DNA of 64,000 bases, from assembly GCA_963737155.1 (NCBI GenBank), contig CAVTRN010000002.1, forward strand, positions 168,287-232,286. The letters run 5' to 3'. The translations under genes and the position numbers were made by a program. Numbering within the stretch: position 1 is the stretch's first letter; the number at the start of each line of letters is the position of its first letter. This document shows, in pieces, positions 17,957-28,742 of the stretch. Origin of the DNA: Nitrospirota bacterium. Its GTDB lineage: Bacteria > Nitrospirota > UBA9217. The notes under the pieces were generated by a model. The model worked only from the letters and a program-made list of their open reading frames with translations, made no database searches and had not been told where the DNA came from.

Positions 17957-19465
17957 ATGATGATTCCTGAACGCTACCAAGATAAAATAGCCGGTTCACT
18001 ATCCTGCTATGACCGCATGATCATGCAGGGCACGCTGCCCGGCTGGTGCTTCGATAAGGGGATGACGGCATTCCTCTATGCCCGACAGATCAAGATTTTC
18101 GATTATGCCCAGTTCGCCAAAGCGCTTCAGGAAAAAGTCCGGGAGAACGCTGAGGGCCTCGCGAATGAGAACAGCATTGAGATCGAGTTCATCCGCAAGC
18201 TGGGTGCGTTCCGTAAAGAGGCTCGGATCAAAGAAATCATCAAAGCGCGTGGCGAGCAACCCGGCCTTGTTCATATCTTCTCGGCCATGGAAGCCTGCAC
18301 CAGCTACAAACCCTGGCACGACAAAAACACCGGCAAGACCTTTCTCAAGTATGATTCCGGAAAGTGTCTCCACTATTACTTCTACTTCATCGACAAGACG
18401 TTCGGCCTGTGCTACCTCCGCGTTCCCACCTGGGCACCGTTCCGGCTCCAGTTCTATATGAACGGCCACAACTGGCTGGCGGCGAAATTGGCAAAAAAGA
18501 AAATCCCCTATGTTCTTCGGGAGAACGCGTTTCTCTCTATCGATAATTTTCCCAAAGCCCAGGAGCTTTCTGACAGCATCAAGGTGTCGGACTTACACCA
18601 TGCACTGGACAGATTCGCTAAACAATACTGCCCGGTCGGTAACGGGTACGGACTTACCTACCACTGGAGCACTATGCAGGTGGAATATGCCACCGACATC
18701 GTTTTCAAGAAGCAATCGGACCTGCACACGTTGTATGAGCAAATCGTTCGAACCGCCATTCACTCCGTGAAACCGGAGAATATCGCGACCTTTCTGGGTC
18801 GGAAGCTCCACGGCAATTATCAAGGCGAAATGGGCAACAACTTCAACACCCGAATTCAGGGAACACGGATCAAGCACCATATGGGCGCTTCATCCATCAA
18901 GATGTACGACAAGTTCGGCAGCATCCTCCGGATTGAGACCACGACCAACGACGTCTCGGAGTTCAAGCACTATCGGGAAGTCCAGTCGCGGATCGGAGAT
19001 CCTGTCCACAAGAACGCACCCATGAAGAAGAACATCTACAGCCTGTTTGACCTTACGGCGATCTTCAAGGCCTCGAACCGCCGTTATCTTGAGTTCATCT
19101 CCACGTTCGACGACCAAAGCGCGGGAATCAATAACCTTGATAAAATTTCAAAGACCGTGGAAACAGGCGACCGTTCCTACAAGGGCTTCAATCTCTTCAG
19201 CGACGATGATCTCAAACTGTTCGAGGTTCTCGCCCGCGGCGAGTTCAACATCAACGGACTTCAGAATAAATCTCTACGAAAACAGCTGCCATCCGTGACG
19301 AGCAGTACCATGACGAGAATTCTGAAACGGCTTCACGTCCACGGCATTATTCGGAAAGTCGGAAAAACATACAAGTACTACGTTTCAAAACTCGGTAAGG
19401 CTGTTATCGCTGCGGGATTGACCATCCGAAATATGTCTGTAATCCCGCAACTGGCGCATGTTTAA
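17957..19465 (+). CDS. conserved ~500-aa protein of unknown function with C-terminal winged-helix (MarR-like)
   Basis: Track ORF 17921..19465, started here at ATG 17957 (GGAGG upstream). The distinctive core is CLHYYFYFIDKTFGLCYLRVPTWAPFRLQFYMNGHNWLAAKL. The C-terminus MTRILKRLHVHGIIRKVGKTYKYYVSKLGK looks wHTH. Confidence 0.6.
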   Translation: MMIPERYQDKIAGSLSCYDRMIMQGTLPGWCFDKGMTAFLYARQIKIFDYAQFAKALQEKVRENAEGLANENSIEIEFIRKLGAFRKEARIKEIIKARGEQPGLVHIFSAMEACTSYKPWHDKNTGKTFLKYDSGKCLHYYFYFIDKTFGLCYLRVPTWAPFRLQFYMNGHNWLAAKLAKKKIPYVLRENAFLSIDNFPKAQELSDSIKVSDLHHALDRFAKQYCPVGNGYGLTYHWSTMQVEYATDIVFKKQSDLHTLYEQIVRTAIHSVKPENIATFLGRKLHGNYQGEMGNNFNTRIQGTRIKHHMGASSIKMYDKFGSILRIETTTNDVSEFKHYREVQSRIGDPVHKNAPMKKNIYSLFDLTAIFKASNRRYLEFISTFDDQSAGINNLDKISKTVETGDRSYKGFNLFSDDDLKLFEVLARGEFNINGLQNKSLRKQLPSVTSSTMTRILKRLHVHGIIRKVGKTYKYYVSKLGKAVIAAGLTIRNMSVIPQLAHV

Positions 19466-19854
19466 TGCATATTCACCAAATTGTTCTACCCATTTTGAGA
19501 AGCTTTTGATTCTTTAGTTACTAATCCCTGTTTTTGCCTCCGATATTCTGCACCGAAGTACTGCGGCTCTTTTGCCGAACAGTCGAAACCGGAAAGAGTG
19601 CACATTTCACGAAGAAGGTGCCAAAGAAGTAATCGGAAGCGTAGGGAATCGCATAGAGTAGTGCTTGCCCTGAGCTTTGTATATTGGGTGATGAGATAGG
19701 GTGCGACCAGAAACCGGAAAAAGACGATATACGCGATTATGCCGTTGTCGATTATGCACTGCCAAATTCGTGACTATAGCAAAGAATTCCGGTTGAATTA
19801 TCCATTGGAAAAAACCACTATAACCACAGTTATGAATAACCCGCAACCGGTTGA

Positions 19855-21159
19855 TTAGAACGAAAGCACCTTCCCCATAAAGAGTATCAGGCCAGTTTGT
19901 TTTTCCCGAATAAAAAATATATAGGGATGATCGATCATAAGCGTCAGTTGAGGCAGCGGCACGCTCGTCGTACTCACCGAGATGCCGGTCGCGGCTGCTG
20001 CCTCTGTCCCGGACTCGTCCACGCTGATAAAGGTTTGATGGAAGACACCGCTGATAAATAGGTCGTGGTTCCCGTCAATGCCGGAGAAGTCCGCGGTAGC
20101 CGGATTGAATGCGTCGGTCATGCCCAGAGAACTCAAAATAGGAACCATGCTTGCGGTGTAAGTAAAGGTGAATTTCGGGAGAGAAAGATCTACTTCCTGA
20201 GCGGCCAACTGACTGGTAATGTCACCCAGTATGGTCGGCGTAAGCGAGGATAGAAACGCATCGAACGTATCGGGATCCGGCATGATCATGAGCATCGAAA
20301 AATTGTTTCCGGCATAGGGGATATCGACAGCCTGACATCCATCTGCCTGCGCATAAGACACCATAAAAGTTTGGCGCATAAAGGGAACCGATGATGTGGA
20401 ACTGTTCTGATTGAAAAAGGACTGATTCGTCGTGCTCGCTTCCGAAAACGGTGACGCCCAGTTTGCCTTGAACCATAGGGCGTTCGTAAGAACGACGCGG
20501 GTATTGGGTGTTACGCCTCCCTCGGGGATCAGGTTCTGGATCCTGTTATTCGTTTGGCTTTCCACCCATGCGTTGATCGTACTTCGCGCGTCCTCCGTCG
20601 CGTTGATGAAGTCAGCGAGATAAATGCCCGCACCGTAATTTACCGCGAGGGTGTCCAAATATGCCGGGAGAATGGGAAAACCCACTTGTCCCCAGATTGC
20701 ATTGGCGTTCCTGAGCATGGGGAGTTGAGCGCCGGTTGAGGTAATGGAACCTGTGCCCTCGCTCGTGATCAATAGGTCGAGCTCATTTAGGGCCATGTTA
20801 AGGCGGTCTTGGGGAAGAGAAAACGACAGCGCCTGTTCGATCCCGCTTAAAGTATTCCCGCCAGCGCCCGGCGCTGCAAGAGCAAAGGCCTGGGTTATGC
20901 TATACGGAGAGAAAGCGGTATTGCTGTTTCCGCTCGGGTCGAGAAGGGGGAAAACCTTAAGTGCGAAATCCGTGTTGCCCGCTATGACCGCCGTGAAGTC
21001 CTCGCCAGGTACTTGCGGGTTCGTGTCACGCGCCAGGGACGACTGCGCAATCTGATATTGCGGCGGCTGCGTATTGTTTCCGGATTTACTGCACGCTATT
21101 GCGAGACCAAGCAGGCAGAAGGAAAAGAACCGTAAATTAGAGATAATTTTACTACACAT
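19855..21159 (-). CDS. serpin family protease inhibitor, lipoprotein
   Basis: Lipobox LAIAC. FSPYSITQAFALAAPGAGGNT... and the hinge/RCL region VDESGTEAAAATGISVS...IDHPYIFFIRE are classic serpin features. A TTGACA-N18-AATATA promoter lies upstream. Confidence 0.9.
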   Translation of the reverse strand: MCSKIISNLRFFSFCLLGLAIACSKSGNNTQPPQYQIAQSSLARDTNPQVPGEDFTAVIAGNTDFALKVFPLLDPSGNSNTAFSPYSITQAFALAAPGAGGNTLSGIEQALSFSLPQDRLNMALNELDLLITSEGTGSITSTGAQLPMLRNANAIWGQVGFPILPAYLDTLAVNYGAGIYLADFINATEDARSTINAWVESQTNNRIQNLIPEGGVTPNTRVVLTNALWFKANWASPFSEASTTNQSFFNQNSSTSSVPFMRQTFMVSYAQADGCQAVDIPYAGNNFSMLMIMPDPDTFDAFLSSLTPTILGDITSQLAAQEVDLSLPKFTFTYTASMVPILSSLGMTDAFNPATADFSGIDGNHDLFISGVFHQTFISVDESGTEAAAATGISVSTTSVPLPQLTLMIDHPYIFFIREKQTGLILFMGKVLSF

Positions 21160-21264
21160 GCAGTCGCCTTCCCGCGGGAGTTTAGCTTTTTCTAGAACTA
21201 TTTATATATTGGCAAAGCTTTGTAGTGTTGTCAAGTTCAAGGACTTGCAACTATGCACTTTATT

Positions 21265-21570
21265 TCATCCGCGAGTAATCTGAAAAGTGTACTTTGAATA
21301 AAATGTGACATGCAGCTGGAAGGGGTTCTTGAGGGGGATGTAAGAACACTTGGGGCACGACATTGTATGAATATCAAAGTGTGCTATGCAATTTTCATAG
21401 GGCACAATTGTCGCCCAGTGCGGGAAGGAACGTTGACCAAAACTTCGAATAAAATTCTTCACTTTTTTGTCAGGTCTGGCTGTCCGAACTTCACCTACAG
21501 TCCGCAATATCGATAAAGCGAAACAACTATCAAGTTCTGTTTGAAATATGCATCCGAATTGATTTTTCAC
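21265..21570 (-). CDS. hypothetical protein, possibly translationally coupled to the response regulator
   Basis: Its GTG start overlaps the upstream stop as GTGA. No recognisable domain. Confidence 0.3.
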   Translation of the reverse strand: MKNQFGCIFQTELDSCFALSILRTVGEVRTARPDKKVKNFIRSFGQRSFPHWATIVPYENCIAHFDIHTMSCPKCSYIPLKNPFQLHVTFYSKYTFQITRG

Positions 21571-21974
21571 CTATCAAGTGCTTTGGCATCTATCCAACGG
21601 TCTAAAATGCGTTCTAAACCTTTCTTGAATTGATCGAGGTCTGTTGCCTTATGCAGAAAACCGTCAGCCCCGGCCTTTACAGCTTTCTGTTCGTCCGAAT
21701 CCAAATTTGAGTTCGTGACCATGACCACCGGGATACTGCGCAAACTCTCGTCGTCACGTATGTTGCGTAATACTTCGATACCGTCCATCCGGGGCATTTT
21801 CAGGTCGAGCAGGATCAGCTTTGGCGGAGTTCTCTCTCTCCGGATGAGCGTGAGGCCAGTTTCACCACTTAAGGCGACTTGCAACCTGAAAGCCCGCCCG
21901 GTCTTCGATAGGGCCAATTTTGTTATGATGATATCGTCCTCGCTATCATCTATGATAAGGATTGTTGGTTGCAT
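21567..21974 (-). CDS. single-domain CheY-like response regulator
   Basis: ILIIDDSEDD...LILLDLKMPRMDGIEVL...PVVMVTNS...K receiver motifs. Started here at ATG 21974. Confidence 0.85.
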   Translation of the reverse strand: MQPTILIIDDSEDDIIITKLALSKTGRAFRLQVALSGETGLTLIRRERTPPKLILLDLKMPRMDGIEVLRNIRDDESLRSIPVVMVTNSNLDSDEQKAVKAGADGFLHKATDLDQFKKGLERILDRWIDAKALDR

Positions 21975-22036
21975 AATAATTTCCTTTGGCTGAGGACTGT
22001 AGATTGGCTGCAAAAATATCGGCAGATTGCTTCCTG

Positions 22037-22616
22037 TTAGGCCGCTTTATCCAGTTTGTAGGTTTTGAAGAATTTTCTCACGTAGTTTGCAATCACATCG
22101 CAGGCCTCTTCAAGGGCGAAATGCCCTGTAGCGAGCATATGCACTTCGATGTTCCTAAGGTCACGCATGTAGGCTTTCGCGCCCTGAGGACTGAAGATTT
22201 TGTCATTTTTCCCCCATACGACAAGTGTTGGCGGCTGGTGATTTCTGAAATAGTTATGCCATTCAGGATAACGTTTCACGTTGGAGCCGAAGTCCGACCG
22301 CAGCTCGAGCTGAATAAGTTTGTTGCCGGGCCTTTCCAGAAAATACTGATCCATATTCCAGGCATCGGGGCTAATCCTGCTCATGTCACGCACTCCGTTG
22401 CTGTATATCCACTTGGTACTCTCCATCTTGAAGGTCTTAAGCACAGGCCATTCGTTAGCTCTCGTCCTCTTTTCCCATAGTGGACTCCTGCTCTTAACCA
22501 AAGGTGTCAGCCCCTCTTCGTAGGCGTTGGTATTTTGGATGATGAGCGATTCGATCCGCTCTGGATGCTTCTCGGCAATCCTGAAGCCTACAGGCCCGCC
22601 ATAATCCTGCATATAA
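22037..22616 (-). pseudogene. alpha/beta hydrolase (haloalkane dehalogenase/epoxide hydrolase-like), C-terminal part, split by IS
   Basis: MQDYGGPVGFRIAEKHPERIESLIIQN... continues the N-terminal piece at 24200..24493 exactly (…KFSLY|MQDYGG). Confidence 0.85.
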
Positions 22617-24199
22617 GAGCCTGTTGCTCAAATGCCAGCATAGCCGTTTATGATCGCCCATATGGGATAGTGCCAGACTGCAAATGGGGTATCTCTGCGA
22701 AGCACACGGCATGAATCAGCTGTCGTTTTCGTTCTTTATACTGCCATCTGGGCCGCAATCTCTTTGCCGCTTCGCCAAAGCTTCAAGAGATTGTGCGTCG
22801 CGCAGATGAGTTTCCATTCCTGGGAGCAGGCTTCAATCCCTCGGCGCATGTAGTGCCGGATGCCGCGATTGTCTTTAATCTGGCCAAAGATCGGTTCGAC
22901 GGTCTGGCCTCGTTTCTTATAAAGCTCTCTGCCCCGCTTGGTCAGGAGCTTCCTCTCCATCCTCTGCCGGAGTGTCAGGCTTTTTGGTATCCTCCCTTGG
23001 GGCGGGGATGATGCGGCGGCCTCTTTACGTTGCTTCCAGTCTTTCTTGGTTGCGATAAGATGTTCGGGACCGTCGGGAGTGATGGCCGCAAAGTTCTTCT
23101 CACTTGCGTAGCCGGCATCGCTCAGAGATATTTCGATCTTCAGTTCTTTTTGCAGGGCGATCTCGTTTAAGTTCTCCTGGGCCTTCTGGATCATGGGATG
23201 CAGCTGGTTGATGTCGTTTTCCTGGTTCGTGACCTCGGCGGCGATGATGATCTGCTCCTTGGTGACCACGGCCTGGCTGTTGTAGCCCTGAACATATCCG
23301 CTTCGGGTTTTCATGATCCTGCTGTCCGGATCAGTCATATTGGCCTTCGCTTCCGACGATGGCGTCGGATCAGGCTCCTGAGGTTTGCGGCCCCGTTTCT
23401 TGCTGCCGGTTTCAGCCTCTTGGGCCTGTCGTTCTTCGATCTTTGACTGTTGCTCGGCTGCTGCCTCTGCAGCCTGTTCTTCCAACCGCTTTTTGCACGC
23501 GGCAAGGCGGGCTCTGCGGCTGGTTCGGTCGGCAAGTTCATCAGGAAGTTCGTCGCCCCGTTTGTTTTGGCCGTACTGCCGGTCTTCCTCGGTGTCCTTG
23601 GCCTCCGCTTCATCGAGCATCCTCTTCACTTCCTGCTCGATATGTTCGTACGTGCGGTTGGCTTCCAGGGCTGCGTTAGCCTTTATCTTGCTCCCGTCAA
23701 GGGCCACGATGCCGACTTTGACGAGCCCGGCTTCCTTGCAGAGCTTGAGCATCTGTTTGAACAGCCCCTCCAGTGCCTGGCCGTTGTCCTTCCGAAATCG
23801 GCTGATGGTGCAGTGGTCCGGAACTTGGTTGGCGGCAATTACCTTGAATCCGATGTCCCGTTCGCAAAGCTTCTCGATCTCACGGGATGATCGGATACCG
23901 AGGCTGTAGGCATATAACAGCAGGGAGACCATCATTGACGGCTCAAAAGCTGCCTGGCCTTTTCCGTCCTGACGGTATTTTCGGTAGAATGCCGTAAGAT
24001 CCATTTCTGCCACGACGTCAAGGACCATCCAAACAAGGTCCTTGGATGGCAGCCACTCCTGCAAGGTGGGCGGCATGAGATATACTTGATCTCGGTTACA
24101 GTCTTTGAAATTGTAGGCCATCCAGCGTCTCCTTATATGCGTGATGACCAATACTATACTATTCGTATATTAATGTCAAATGATTTATGCAACAGGCTC
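22617..24199 (-). mobile_element. IS1182-family insertion sequence
   Basis: Terminal inverted repeats are GAGCCTGTTGC (22617-22627) and GCAACAGGCTC (24189-24199). A 4-bp direct duplication ATAA lies at 22613-22616 and 24200-24203. Removing the element restores the hydrolase frame. Confidence 0.85.
22736..24121 (-). CDS. IS1182 family transposase
   Basis: Started at ATG 24121 (AAGGAGA SD). MAYNFKDCNRDQVYLMPPTLQEWLP...MMVSLLLYAYSLGIRSSREIEKLCERDIGFKVIAANQVPDHCTISRFRKDN is the family N-terminal signature. A charged coiled region and a DDE C-terminus follow. Confidence 0.9.
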   Translation of the reverse strand: MAYNFKDCNRDQVYLMPPTLQEWLPSKDLVWMVLDVVAEMDLTAFYRKYRQDGKGQAAFEPSMMVSLLLYAYSLGIRSSREIEKLCERDIGFKVIAANQVPDHCTISRFRKDNGQALEGLFKQMLKLCKEAGLVKVGIVALDGSKIKANAALEANRTYEHIEQEVKRMLDEAEAKDTEEDRQYGQNKRGDELPDELADRTSRRARLAACKKRLEEQAAEAAAEQQSKIEERQAQEAETGSKKRGRKPQEPDPTPSSEAKANMTDPDSRIMKTRSGYVQGYNSQAVVTKEQIIIAAEVTNQENDINQLHPMIQKAQENLNEIALQKELKIEISLSDAGYASEKNFAAITPDGPEHLIATKKDWKQRKEAAASSPPQGRIPKSLTLRQRMERKLLTKRGRELYKKRGQTVEPIFGQIKDNRGIRHYMRRGIEACSQEWKLICATHNLLKLWRSGKEIAAQMAV

Positions 24200-24493
24200 A
24201 TAAAGGGAGAATTTTCTGAGACCCAACTTCTTCAGGAATTTCCCGACTACTTCCGCCAAATGATCAAAGGTATATGTGAAAGCATCCACACGCGGGCAAG
24301 AGCTGTTTCCGAAGCCGGGATAGTCGGGCGCAATGAGATGAAAGTCGCTGGCAAGTTCCGTCATCAGATCTCTATACATGTGCGACGAAGAGGGAAAGCC
24401 GTGTAAAAGGACAATTACCGGGCTCTTGGATGGCCCAGCTTCGCGATAGAATATGTCTACATCCTCAATTTTGACCGTGTTATAGGTTGCCAT
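24200..24493 (-). pseudogene. alpha/beta hydrolase N-terminal part, split by IS
   Basis: MATYNTVKIEDVDIFYREAGPSKSPVIVLLHGFPSSSHMYRDLM...; AGGGAG SD. Confidence 0.85.
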
Positions 24494-24583
24494 AAATTCT
24501 CCCTTTCTGAAAGGGAATTTCCCCCCATGACGGTTTGCTGTTGTTCGGCCAACTGAGTGCCAAGAACGTTGCGAGTACACTGC

Positions 24584-25066
24584 TCATAATCTATTTTCCG
24601 CAAGCGTAGATTGTCCCAGGCCTCTGCATACTTCACCAGGCGCCTTGTTTACAACCAACCAGCAAAGCTTAAGCTGTTTCACGGCTTCGACCAACCCGTC
24701 AAACCCCACTGGCTTTTGAATGTAACTGTTCACGCCCAGCTGGTAGCTCTCCACCCGGTCTTTGTCCTCTGTTGATGAGGTCAGAACAACGACCGGCAGA
24801 TCTGTCGTTCTGGGGTCCGCACGTATGCGGTGCAACACTTCTATCCCGTCCATTTTAGGCATTCGGAGACCGAGCAGCACAATCTCCGGCATCTGGTTGA
24901 TACCCCGTCCCGCGTACTTTCCTTTGCCGAAAAGATAATCGAGCGCTTCTTCCCCATCCTCCGCCACGATTACATCGTTTAATATATTGTTCTTCTTGAT
25001 GGCGTGCAGGGTCAGGACCACATCGTCATCATTGTCTTCCACCAAAAGTATGATCCTGTTCTCCAT
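24584..25066 (-). CDS. single-domain CheY-like response regulator
   Basis: MENRIILLVEDNDDDVVL...IVLLGLRMPKMDGIEVL...PVVVLTSS...K; GAAGGAAA SD. Confidence 0.85.
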   Translation of the reverse strand: MENRIILLVEDNDDDVVLTLHAIKKNNILNDVIVAEDGEEALDYLFGKGKYAGRGINQMPEIVLLGLRMPKMDGIEVLHRIRADPRTTDLPVVVLTSSTEDKDRVESYQLGVNSYIQKPVGFDGLVEAVKQLKLCWLVVNKAPGEVCRGLGQSTLAENRL

Positions 25067-25685
25067 AGCGTTTTCCTTCACCCGTTCATTCTTACATAAG
25101 GCTTCCGTGCCTTAAATGTCTTTCATTACAAGGTGATCTTAAATCAAAAGAACCTTCAGAAATTCTGAACCATGCTTTTAAAATGAAACAATACAAATTT
25201 TCTCCTGTTTATATATATTGTAGCACGTGATAAGTCATAATAATATGAGCGAACAACATTCTAGCCGAAGCTAACTGCTTGTAAAATAAATATATCATGG
25301 CACGGTTGTCAATTATTTCCTTTTTGGGTCCTCACAACCAGTTTAGACGGATTATTAGCCACTCTGCCGGCGGACTGGGATCATGAGAGGAAGTAAAAGC
25401 GTGCGTTACCGATTCCTTTATTGCAGTGTGAAGTAGAAGGTTGCGCCTTTGTTCACCTCACTCTCGGCACAAATAAGGCCATATTATACTGGTAGTGTGA
25501 AATACTGAAGATTGGAACGCATATCCGCGTAATACATGGATTATTTTCTTTACTAGCAAGGGGATAGAATCTATAATTATGCCGTAATTTTTTAAAGTTC
25601 TCTCAGAATAGGCATTAGTGAAACAGACGGGTGGATTGGGGTCTATCGACCACTGACCTGTTAATAGCCGCGGAGGAAATATAAA

Positions 25686-28600
25686 TTGCATCCCGATCTC
25701 GATGACAGGCTTATCCTTAAGCGCATATCAACATGGAGCCTCTCCGTAACATTGGGTATCAGCGTTGTATCTTTGCTGGCTTGGGTATCCGGTTTGCTGA
25801 TTATAGCCAAGTTAGGTCATAATTACATTCCTATAGCTCCGAGTACTGCAGAGTGTTTCATCGTCCTAAGCGGTTCACTGCTCCTGTACGTTCGTCATCC
25901 AGAATACCCTTTTGCTCGGATGGCAGTACTATCTGGTGCAGGTCTCACGCTTTTGATTTGTTCAGTTCTCTTATTAGCTTTTTTTTGCGGGACGAGTACT
26001 GATATTGAACAATTAGGATTTACCTTCTCTGCCCAGCATGCAGCGTTCCCACTGGGTCGTATGTCCCCATTAACAGCAGCGGACTTCGTTGCGGCATCAT
26101 CAGGCATTATATGTTTAGTCTTATCCACCAAAGGGAAGCGATATATGAAACAAGTCGCGGATTTTTTCGCGGCTATAGTGGGTTTTGTAGGGTTCACCAT
26201 CAGCCTCGGTTATCTATACGGAACGCCTTTCCTGTACGGGGGAAACATAATACCGGTGGCCCTCCCCACCGCGATAACTTTCATACTTGTTGGCGTGGGT
26301 CTTTTAACCGCCTCCGAACCCGATGCGTCGGCTGTCGGCGTTTTCATGGGGCCAACAGTCCACAGCAGGCTGCTGCGGTCATTTCTGCCCACCATAATCG
26401 CATTGGTCCTGATTGACGACATCTTCTTGAAAATGACAATGTTTTCATCGAGCAATCCCGCGCTGATATCAGCATTGACCTCCCTCCTCTCCATCATTGT
26501 TTTTGGCGTTATTGTATCGAAAATCGCTTCATCGATCGGCGGTGAAATAGACCAGGTGCATAAGGAACGGGACAGGGCTGAAGCGGAGCTCAGGATCAGT
26601 GAGAAAAAATATCGTAATATATTTTCAAACGTCCAGGATGTCTTTTATCTGACGGACTTACAAGGGAACATTCTTGATATCAGTCCTTCTGTATTCAAAT
26701 ACTCCGGCTACACGCGTAAGGAGTTGCTGGGAAAATCGACTGGAAATTTCTACCATAATCCGCAAGATAGGGCTGTTATGCTGGATACACTCCAAAAAAC
26801 CGGGGAGATCGTTGATTTTGAGGTCCGAATGAAGTCAAAAGACGACCGGTTAGTAGTAGTTTCTGTAAATTCGCATTTATTATACGACGAATCTGGAAAA
26901 CCCACTGGTATCGAAGGCTCTTTAAGAGACATCACCAGGCGTAAAACAATTGAGAGAAAGATTCAGAAATACTCTGATGACCTAGAACAATTACTATCTA
27001 TTTCGCGCGAGATGACATCTACAATAAATCTGAAGAAATTAAAGCGCTTTGCCATACTTGCATCAAAGGAGCTTCTACGACTGGACTTCTCAACGATGAT
27101 GCTCCTCTCTGAAGATACGACTCGAATGACATTTGAGGATTGCATAGGCTTTCCAGAAAGCATGATCGGTCAATTCAGTCGTGTGGAAGGGCAAGGCCTT
27201 TCCACCTACGTGATAAAAAGTAAGAAATATGACGTGATGACCGACCCCAACGAAGAAAAGCGTTTTGAAGTGCCTGAACTCGTCAACAAATATAATATTC
27301 ACTCCGCAATCTGCGTACCCATGATGATAGAGGATAATGTCTTCGGGGTCCTCATCGGGCACACGACTGCAAAACGGGAATTTTCACAAGAAGAAGTGAT
27401 GCTGTACCAAAGCATCGGCAACCAGAGTGCAATTGCAATAAAAAATGCCATGAACCTGGAAGCACTCAGGATAAGCGAAAAGAAGCTTCATGATATTACG
27501 TCACATATTGCTGAGGGACTTTATGTTATGGACCTTAGCAGGCAAATTACTTATATAAACAACGAAGCGCTTCGCCTCCTGGGGTGGACCCTTTCGGAGT
27601 TAAATGAAAAAGGGATCCACGAACTGGTTCATTCACGAAAAGCGGATGGGACGCCGTATCCGGCCGAAGAATGCGGACTGCTTAGTGTTATCAAGACTGG
27701 TAAACGTTATGTGTCCTCCGACGAGGTGTTTTTGCGCAAAGACGCCGTTGCCTTCCCGGCGTTGGTTGTTTCCAGCCCGATTCTTGAGAACGGCCGAGTC
27801 GTGTCAGCCATCGTAGCGTTCAGAGATATTACGGAACAAAAAAAGAGTGAAGACGCTTTGCGGGAAAGCGAAAAACGGTTTCGCGCCCTCTTTGAAACAA
27901 TGACAGAAGGAGTCGCACTTCATGAAATGATCTACAGTAAAAGTGGAGTAGCGACGGATTATCGTATCGTGGCGGTCAATCCGGCTTTTGAAATACATAC
28001 CGGTTTGTCTGCCGGTCAAGCAATCGGTTCGCTTGCTAGTACTCTTTACGGAAATACCCCAACATACCTCGCAGAGTATGCCGCCGTAGCGAGCACTGAA
28101 AAGCCTCATCGTTTTGAAACCTTTAATGAGTCCCTGGGAAAGCATTTTCGGATTGAAGCATTTTCTCTCTCTAAGGATAAGTTCGTTACGATCTTCGAGG
28201 ACATCACCGAACGGAAAAAAACGAACGATGAACTGAAACGTCTCAATGAGGTCCTTGCTCGTCAAGCGACAACAGATCCGCTGACTGGAATATCCAATCG
28301 GGCAAAATTCAGGGAAATTATGGAAATTGAAATAACTCGGTGCAGGCGGTTCTCACTACCCCTTTCGCTCATTATGTTTGATATCGATCATTTTAAGAAA
28401 GTAAACGACACTTATGGACACAATACCGGCGATGACGTGCTTAGGGAACTTACGTCACTGGTATCAAAGCCGATACGACAGCATGACCTCTTCGCGCGGT
28501 GGGGAGGCGAGGAATTTCTGATAATGGTCACAAATACCACAAAAAGCGGTGCAGCGATTTTCGCCGAAAAGCTGCGCCACTCGATTGAAACCTATAATTT

Positions 28601-28742
28601 CCCCGCGGTCAGCCGCGTTACGTGCAGTTTCGGCGTTGGCGAATTTGAAAGAGTCGACACCATCGATTCGTTCGTACAGAAAGTGGATGCAGCCTTGTAT
28701 CGCGCAAAATCAGCAGGAAGGAACAGAGTGGAATCCGGCTGA
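25686..28742 (+). CDS. membrane sensor diguanylate cyclase (multi-TM, PAS, GAF, PAS, PAS, GGDEF)
   Basis: TTG start. About 8 N-terminal TM helices. PAS-like blocks (YRNIFSNVQDVFYLTD; ESEKRFRALFETMTEGVALHE) are followed by a GGDEF domain with an RQHD I-site and RWGGEEFL. Confidence 0.9.
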   Translation: MHPDLDDRLILKRISTWSLSVTLGISVVSLLAWVSGLLIIAKLGHNYIPIAPSTAECFIVLSGSLLLYVRHPEYPFARMAVLSGAGLTLLICSVLLLAFFCGTSTDIEQLGFTFSAQHAAFPLGRMSPLTAADFVAASSGIICLVLSTKGKRYMKQVADFFAAIVGFVGFTISLGYLYGTPFLYGGNIIPVALPTAITFILVGVGLLTASEPDASAVGVFMGPTVHSRLLRSFLPTIIALVLIDDIFLKMTMFSSSNPALISALTSLLSIIVFGVIVSKIASSIGGEIDQVHKERDRAEAELRISEKKYRNIFSNVQDVFYLTDLQGNILDISPSVFKYSGYTRKELLGKSTGNFYHNPQDRAVMLDTLQKTGEIVDFEVRMKSKDDRLVVVSVNSHLLYDESGKPTGIEGSLRDITRRKTIERKIQKYSDDLEQLLSISREMTSTINLKKLKRFAILASKELLRLDFSTMMLLSEDTTRMTFEDCIGFPESMIGQFSRVEGQGLSTYVIKSKKYDVMTDPNEEKRFEVPELVNKYNIHSAICVPMMIEDNVFGVLIGHTTAKREFSQEEVMLYQSIGNQSAIAIKNAMNLEALRISEKKLHDITSHIAEGLYVMDLSRQITYINNEALRLLGWTLSELNEKGIHELVHSRKADGTPYPAEECGLLSVIKTGKRYVSSDEVFLRKDAVAFPALVVSSPILENGRVVSAIVAFRDITEQKKSEDALRESEKRFRALFETMTEGVALHEMIYSKSGVATDYRIVAVNPAFEIHTGLSAGQAIGSLASTLYGNTPTYLAEYAAVASTEKPHRFETFNESLGKHFRIEAFSLSKDKFVTIFEDITERKKTNDELKRLNEVLARQATTDPLTGISNRAKFREIMEIEITRCRRFSLPLSLIMFDIDHFKKVNDTYGHNTGDDVLRELTSLVSKPIRQHDLFARWGGEEFLIMVTNTTKSGAAIFAEKLRHSIETYNFPAVSRVTCSFGVGEFERVDTIDSFVQKVDAALYRAKSAGRNRVESG

